Positions 54,780 to 62,500 of a DNA stretch of 64,000 nucleotides are shown here, piece after piece. The position numbers were made by a program, and so were the translations under genes. The DNA comes from Octopus sinensis (lineage: Eukaryota), in NCBI RefSeq assembly GCF_006345805.1, contig NC_043001.1, forward strand, positions 76,198,001 through 76,262,000, given 5' to 3'. The notes under the pieces are model-generated. The model did not search any database, was not told the origin of the DNA, and saw only the letters and a program-made list of their open reading frames with translations. Position 1 is the stretch's first letter. Every line of letters starts with the position of its first letter.

Positions 54780-57700
54780 CGACGGGCTTCTTTCAGTTTC
54801 CATCTACCAAATCCACTCACAAGGCTTTGATTGTCCCGAGGCTATAGTAGAAGACACTTACCCATGGTGCTCTGCAGTGGGACTGAAACCGGAACCGTGC
54901 GGCTGGTAAGCAAGCTACCTTATTTCATAAAATTTGTCATGAAGGCATTACAAAGAGGGGAAGGACAAAGACAGACAAACATAAAAAGGTGAAGTAGCTG
55001 TTAATCGATTAAAAATTGATGATAAATTAATACAATTAAAAATTTAAAATTACAAATTAAAATTTTACAGACGTGATCCTCATTGCGACTTGCAATGGAT
55101 TCCCTGAAGGAATGGCATACGACCATCAGGGTAGAACCCTTACTTTCTTTCGGACTCCACTTACCTGGTGTCAATCACTCCTAGCTTTCTTGCCACATGC
55201 TTCCATCTTTCCTCAAATCTTTTTCGTGACAGGTACCTCTTCTCCAGTTACTGCTGAGGTGGTAACTAAAAAAATTAACCAACCCCTGACCAGCTACAAA
55301 GGTACCCGTCACTATTCCTCTCTCATGCGTCTTCCATACTTTTCTTTCAGTATGGCTATTACACAGAAAAAGCAAGCCTTCCTCTCCCTGTTAAGGGAAG
55401 GAGGCGGCACAATCTCGATGATAGACTCAGCCGATAGCTGTACTCTTCCCATCGATGACAACAGTTGTTTTGTGAAAACTATCAGTCCCGTTAATTCCGG
55501 ACATTCCACAGATGCATGCGAGACGGTTTCCCTGTCCTGCCTGTACCTCGGACATGTCGGCGAGACGGCACTTCCGTGTCTTGACAGTTTATCACGAACA
55601 GGTAACGCCGCACGGATGCACTGTCAAGCTAGGGATTTCTGGTAATTGTCCAAATACCCCGGTCCGAAAGCTCTCTTGAACAGGTTGATCAACTGATTTT
55701 CATCGTAGCTCAGGGTCTCCCCCACGGCGTCTTCGGACATAACTTCCACTAACCCGCTATAAAAATCCGCGTTGGAACTCTTGCTGCCGGCATTGCCCGC
55801 CCAAGTTAGTAGCTGAAGTGCCTGACGGCACTCCAATTGCCAGTCCCCAGCCTAAGTCTCTGCTTGAACCATGTATCAATGTCCGTTAAGGACGTTAACT
55901 GCGGAAAGTAGAGCCAGACGTGCGGTGACCACAGCTGCTCTCCATCCAGGTAAAGCCAGAGGTGCCTCAACCTTAACGCGAGCTTTAGCGGCTTCTGGCA
56001 GCAGACAGAGCGCTTCACAGGTAGCTTTCCTCCCTTCCATAAAAAGTGGAAAAGGAGTCTCTCCAAGTTGTTCAGCCACAAATCGGGGCAAGGCACCACG
56101 GTCAGACGGTAGGTGATAACCGATTCTATAAACATCTGCACCACCTCCACCTCTCCTAGCAAGGATAACGCTCGCTCAGACCAGGTCTAAGTTAGAGCAG
56201 TCACTTTTCTGGTCATCTCACTCCAATTTTTCTCTATCTTGAGGTCTGGGCCAAACCAGACTCCAAGCAGCTTAACAGGACATTCCATCCAACGCCCCAC
56301 GACGTTATTGGACGCCATCGACTTGCCCATCCAGGTGCTAAGTTGCAAACCAACCGACTTGTCCTTGTTAACCTTTGCTCTTGCCACCGCCTCGTAACTT
56401 TTGATAGCCTCTTCCACCACTGGAAGCTGGCCTTCATCCGCCACGATGTTGGAGATGTTATCTGCATACGCCGTAGCTCCTTTTCCACACCACAGATCAT
56501 TCGGCGTGTCCCCTAGTGCCTCCAACTACCGCAGCAATCGCTCAGGAGCCAACACATACAAAAGCGGAGATAGGGGATACCCCTGACGCGGTGAACGCTC
56601 GATCCTGAATGGTTTCGAAAAGAAGCTATTCACTTTAACGACAGGCTCGATGTCGCTGTACAAAGCAGCAATCCAAACGCCGAAGGTCGGGCCCTGGCCA
56701 GCCTTCTCGAAGACCGCCGCCAAGCACCGATGGTCGACCCTATCAAATGTTTTAGACTGGTCTAAATGTACTAGTACCCCGCCTGCGCCAGTAAACTTCC
56801 CCACCTTCTCTAAGGAGTAGCGTATAAGGTGGAGATTGTTGTGGATCGTCCTGCCCACTGTTCACAATCCACACGAATGTGGCCCTTTTTGCCTCATTCG
56901 TAGCACGTGGGCTTTTTGCCCTCTACTTGTATTTTGAGAACAATGTCCTCGCCCAAGAGCACTCTATCTGGAAGCATTTGGATATCTTCCTGAGCCCCCT
57001 GAATAATGGCAGAAATGCTCTGACCGAGCCAATTTTGGGGAGTAGAGCATGTAATCAGGAGGGAGTTGATTTTATCCGTCCTGTTATACAACAGGGCGGC
57101 CATCAACTCCCTTGCATCAATTGAAGGTGGTACCTCTGCCACCTTTATGCGGGAAGTTCGTCTCCCCATACACGTTGGCAGAAGCACCACCCCCTTCATT
57201 TTCAGGGGGCTCTCTGAGTACTCTGGGGCTTTTCCTCGGTTCCAAATCTGACCTCTATTGTGCCATATGTCCGGCCCCTCGTTATGTACTTTACGTCTTT
57301 CCATATGGGGGCCAGACATTTTTCAATTTTACACTGTTCGAAGTGTTTAAATTTTCTTGTTAATGGACAGTACGTTTTGAAAACGACTTTTCAATTCTTC
57401 GACGCTGGAGGACAGTGATGTCTTTATATCTCCACCCTCCTCCTTCATTCTTTCAAAAAGCTCCGAGAGTTTTTCCGTTGGTACCACAACGTTTTCAGTT
57501 GCCACATGGGCAACTGCCGAAAATTTCTTTACTGGCTCATCCAGTGGACATTTTTTCGCAAATTATTTCGACTGACATACTCGGCCGAAATTAATTCTAC
57601 ACACAAAAATAAATAAATTAGAAATCCCCAAAAAGGGAAATCTATAATACACCGTTTTTTCCCCTCTTTATTACTTACTTGTTTTGGTCAGTTTTAGTTG

Positions 57701-59334
57701 AACAAATTGACCCTAGAACTTTTTTCTTTTTTAACTCTAGTGATTATTCTGGCGGTCACTTTTGCCGAATTGCTAACTTAGGGAGCATAAACAAAGCAAC
57801 ACCAGTTGTCAAGCGATGGAGAAACAAATACAAGCACAAACACAAACTGGTCGCTCCTCGCGGTGATATAGAGGATCTTCGTCGATGCCTCCACCAAATT
57901 TGGAGATGGTCTAACGAATGGGACCTGTGTCTGAACGTGTCAAAGTGCTGTCATCTGCCTGTTGGCTCTCCTCCTGCAACTCAACTTGATTTCGAGCCGG
58001 GTCGTCTGCTGCTGGAGAGGACCGATCAGGTAAAGGACCTGAGTATCTTGGTGGATTCCTCCTTTTCGCCTTTGGCCCAGTGCGTCCATGCTGCCAACAA
58101 AGCACGCGGAGTTCTGTTCTTGATTCGACGGTCATTCGGAATGCTCACAGCAGCCATATTCCTACCGCTCTATGTCACGCTGGTGAGACCCATATTGGAG
58201 TACGGGATTCAAGCCTCTTCTCCTTATTTCCTCAAAGACATACAGCATCTCGAAAGAGTCCAGAAGCTGGCTACCCGCATGGTTCTTGGTCTCAAGAAAT
58301 TGTCTTATGAAGAAAGGCTGAAGACGCTCGACCTTTATTCTCTAGAAAAACGACGACGCCGTGGTGATTTCATTCTTGCTCACAACATCATAAGCGGAAA
58401 GTGTAACCTCTCGAAAGAGCTGTTCTTCACTCCTGCTCCAGAGCGTCGGCTGCGGGGTCATTCCGAAAAGCTCTATCTGCGACGATTTCATCTCAATCGA
58501 AGGAGAAGGGCTTTCTCCGTCCGGGTTGCGGATCCGTGGAATAAGCTGCCGGACAAGATGGTGAAGATGGTGAAGATGCCGACGACCGCTCGGTTCAAAG
58601 TCTTCCTTGACCACAAGTGGCCTGAACCCTTTACATGAACACCACCCTGTACATAACTCCATGGCCCCCATACATGGCCTTGCTTTTTGCTTTTTGAGCC
58701 AAAAAATTAATTTAACTTAAACACACACACACTCACACTCACACACACACACATGTGGCTGTGTGGGAGAAAAAGCTTCCTTCCCATACATAAGGTACAG
58801 GGTTCAATCCGACTATGCGGCACTTTGGGCAAGCCTCTTCTACTATAGGCCCGGACCGACCAAAGCTTTGTGAGTGAATTTGGTCAGCGGACACTGAAAA
58901 GATTCCGTCGTCTGTGGGGGTGTGGGGGTGCGTGCGTGTGTGCGTGCGTGCGTATGTGTGTATCTATATTTGTGCTATTCCCCACAATTGCTTAACCACA
59001 GGTGGTGGTTTGTTCATGTCCACATAACTTAGTGGTTCAGCAAAAGACACCGATAAAGTACTAGACTTTAAAAACTAAATACTGGGGTTGATTTCTTCGA
59101 CTAAACGCTTCAAGGCAGTGCTCCATGACAGCTCAATGACAGAAACAAATAAAAGATAACACACCCACATACATATACAAATGTGTGTATATATGTGTGT
59201 GTGTATGTGTGTGTTTATGAATATGTATGTACGTATATGTACATATATAATATGTACATATATATATCAGTACATATGTATATATATATGTATGTATATG
59301 TATATACATATATACATTTATAAATAAATGTATG

Positions 59335-59367
<33 letters not shown>

Positions 59368-59490
59368 GTGTATATATATGCACATACACGCACGCACGCA
59401 CACACGCGCGCACACACACACCGTACACACACACCGCGCATACACACACCGCACACACACACACCGCACACACACCACACACGCACACAC

Positions 59491-59553
<63 letters not shown>

Positions 59554-62500
59554 AAGGCTTCCACACTGTTTCCGTCTACTATATTCGGTCACACGGCATC
59601 GGTCGATCGTGAGCTATAGTAAAAGACACTTACCCAAGATGTCGCGCAGTCGGACTGAACCTGGAGCCAAGTTTGCAAAGCAAACTTCTAAACTATACCG
59701 CCACGTCTCGATGATGTGGGTTCAGTTTTTCAGTCAACTAAATTATTTGCTCCCGAATTTACGTTTAAAGTGACTGAGTATTCACAGACTTGTGGACCGT
59801 TACCCTAAATCTCAGGTACAGAGTTTGACAAGGCTGTACCTTTTGTTTTACATGTACAACCCACTGATCAGGCTTCTGTACAGTTTCCACCAACCTAATT
59901 TCTCACACAAGGTTTGGTTTGATCCGAGATTATAGAAAATAGCATTTACCCACGATGTCAGTTAGTGGAATCGAACCCAGCCCTTCTGTTTGCCACACCA
60001 ACCATTTGGCTATACAGCGCTTGTTATTACAATAGAATAACAAAAGCAAAAGTGAATCTAAAAGTGTGTTTTAAAATGTTTAATGGCCGCAATGACTTAA
60101 CCACAATGTTATTGTTTTAGTCCCAACACATGCTCTCAGATCAAAGCACTTAACAAACAAGTGCAACGCAAGAAAGTCAATGTTTTCTTTATTAAAAAAA
60201 ATCGCATGCCATGCTTCAAAAATGCCGGATATGATGTAATACACGGCAGTAAGTACTTAACATTTATTTAAACTGATATCCAATAGATGTTTCTAGTAGG
60301 AGTAAATGACAAGCTAAAGAGGCTGGCTCCGAGTCGTATGCTGAAGATTTTTGTAAAACTATCTGAATAGATCTGATTACCATCTGATACGAGACTATAA
60401 TTCGGTACTTCGCCTGCTAAATGGAAAAAACATTAACCCTGTTGACGTCAGTAGCGGGAAAATGTTGTAATATGTTCGCCTTTCCCATGGTTATTAGCAG
60501 TATTATAAGTAAAATAACTACAAGCGAGACCCACAGTCAGCTGGTTGGGAAGTTGTATACTTATTATTACCTAATTTGATAGCATTAGTTCTTTGATTTA
60601 GTTCTCCTTTGCTTATTACCATTACCATCGCCTTACTACAGAAATGTTTCAGTAAGTTTTCTTCTATGGTTTTTATATTGCACAAAATTTGAGCTCTAAC
60701 AAAGCTTGATGAAAAATAAAAAAACAGCCGTCACTCGCAAGCGAGTACGACTTAATACCATAACCAAGGATCCATTAATAGTATAAAAGTTTTATAACAT
60801 GTACCAAACATTCATTAATTGTGTGAAAGCTTGATAACATGTACTGAGCATTCATTAATGGTATGATAGCTTTATAACATATACCAAACATTCATTAATT
60901 GTGTGAAAGATTGATAAAATTCCCCGGCCTAATATCGAACCCACGACTTTACGATCGTACGCCGCACCCCTTCAGCGCACTTTCACTAAGACATTGTAAC
61001 ATTTGGGACTTTGGGTTCTGTAGTTCTTTAGTTGCTCCAGTATGGCCGTAGCCGCAGAGACTAGAACTAAATAACGCAGAGCCACGGTATAGTATCAGTA
61101 TAATACAATGATTGATGTTAATCCAATAAATTTGTATTTGTATTTTAAGTTATCTTAGCCTAGGGCTCAACTTTTTCATGTAATCAAATAGACGAAACAT
61201 TGCAGGACTATTATAATGAAAATGTTGTTATCGTTGTTACTGTTGTTGTTGTTGTTGTTTTGGACGTTTGTTTATTTCTTATTCATTTAGTATCCTGCAG
61301 CATTGGTACATACCATGACGTGGAGAAAGATATTTGTGTACCCTGCAGTCACGGGAAATATCAAGATATGGAAGGACAGACTGAATGTAAAAATTGCCCA
61401 AACCAAGCGGAGGGTAAGGGTGTTCTAGGTGCCAAAAACATCTCAGACTGTGCTGGTAAGTGATCTAAAAAATTTTGTGTTGCAATAAAACATTATTTTG
61501 TTTTTTGCTCCCACGGTTCTTGATATGAACTCGTATATTGAAGTATATTTTATTATACAGACAAGAAACTAATACTCCGAGCGCAGTATAACCGTGAAAG
61601 CACTAGAAAGATCGGGTATGTTACCCTTATAAGACGGAAAATACCCAATAAAATACCCAATCTTTCTATTGTTTTTACGGCTGTACTGCGTTCGAAATAT
61701 TACTTTCTTGTTTGTATAATACAATACATATTCGACGCTTCCAAATACAAAAGAAAAAAACTTCTTTAAACATGTTGTTGTTTATTTTGTTATATATCTT
61801 TATTTATATAAAACTGAGAATGTGTGTGTGTCTGTCTGTCTGTCTGTGTGTTTCCCTAAAACTTGAGAACTACACAACCAATTTCATTCAAATTTTACAC
61901 ATAGGGTCCGGGGAGTGTCATCAGCAAAAAAATTTTTAACTTTTTGCCTAGGACGAGCCCACAGCAATATCATATCTTCTCCACTACGATTCCCTAAAAC
62001 TTGAGAACTACACAACCAATTCCATTCAAATTTTACACATGCCTTACTTAGGGTCCATGTAGTTTCATGGGCAAAAAAATGTTCAACTTCTTGCCTAGAG
62101 CGAGCCCATAGCAATATCATATCTTCTCCACGATTTCAGTATTACGTGTTAAAAGTGAAACAAAAACGTTTCTCTATTTTATGTCAGATACTTTCACTTT
62201 AACAATAAAAATAATAATAACAATTGAATTATATGTAGTAAGTAATAATTAAAATCAAACTAAAGTATAATATAATCGTAACATAACAAAAAGTAAAAAT
62301 AGCAATTGGCATAAAATTGCATCAATGATTTGAACTTGAATAAGTGGTTTCACATGAATGGAAATAAATTAAAAATAAAATTAGTGTGCAGAAATGGAAT
62401 ATTCCAGATGGATAATAAAAAATTAAATTAAAGAAAAGACTATTGTCTATAAAATATACAATGTAGAGAAAAAAGATTTGAACACATGGAGGAATGCACC

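Noticed and set aside
61-59773. Many ORFs with poly-HT, CV, YI, LSIY or I/Y runs
   Set aside because: They are translations of CA, TG, TA, GATA and ATT microsatellites, with no domain content.
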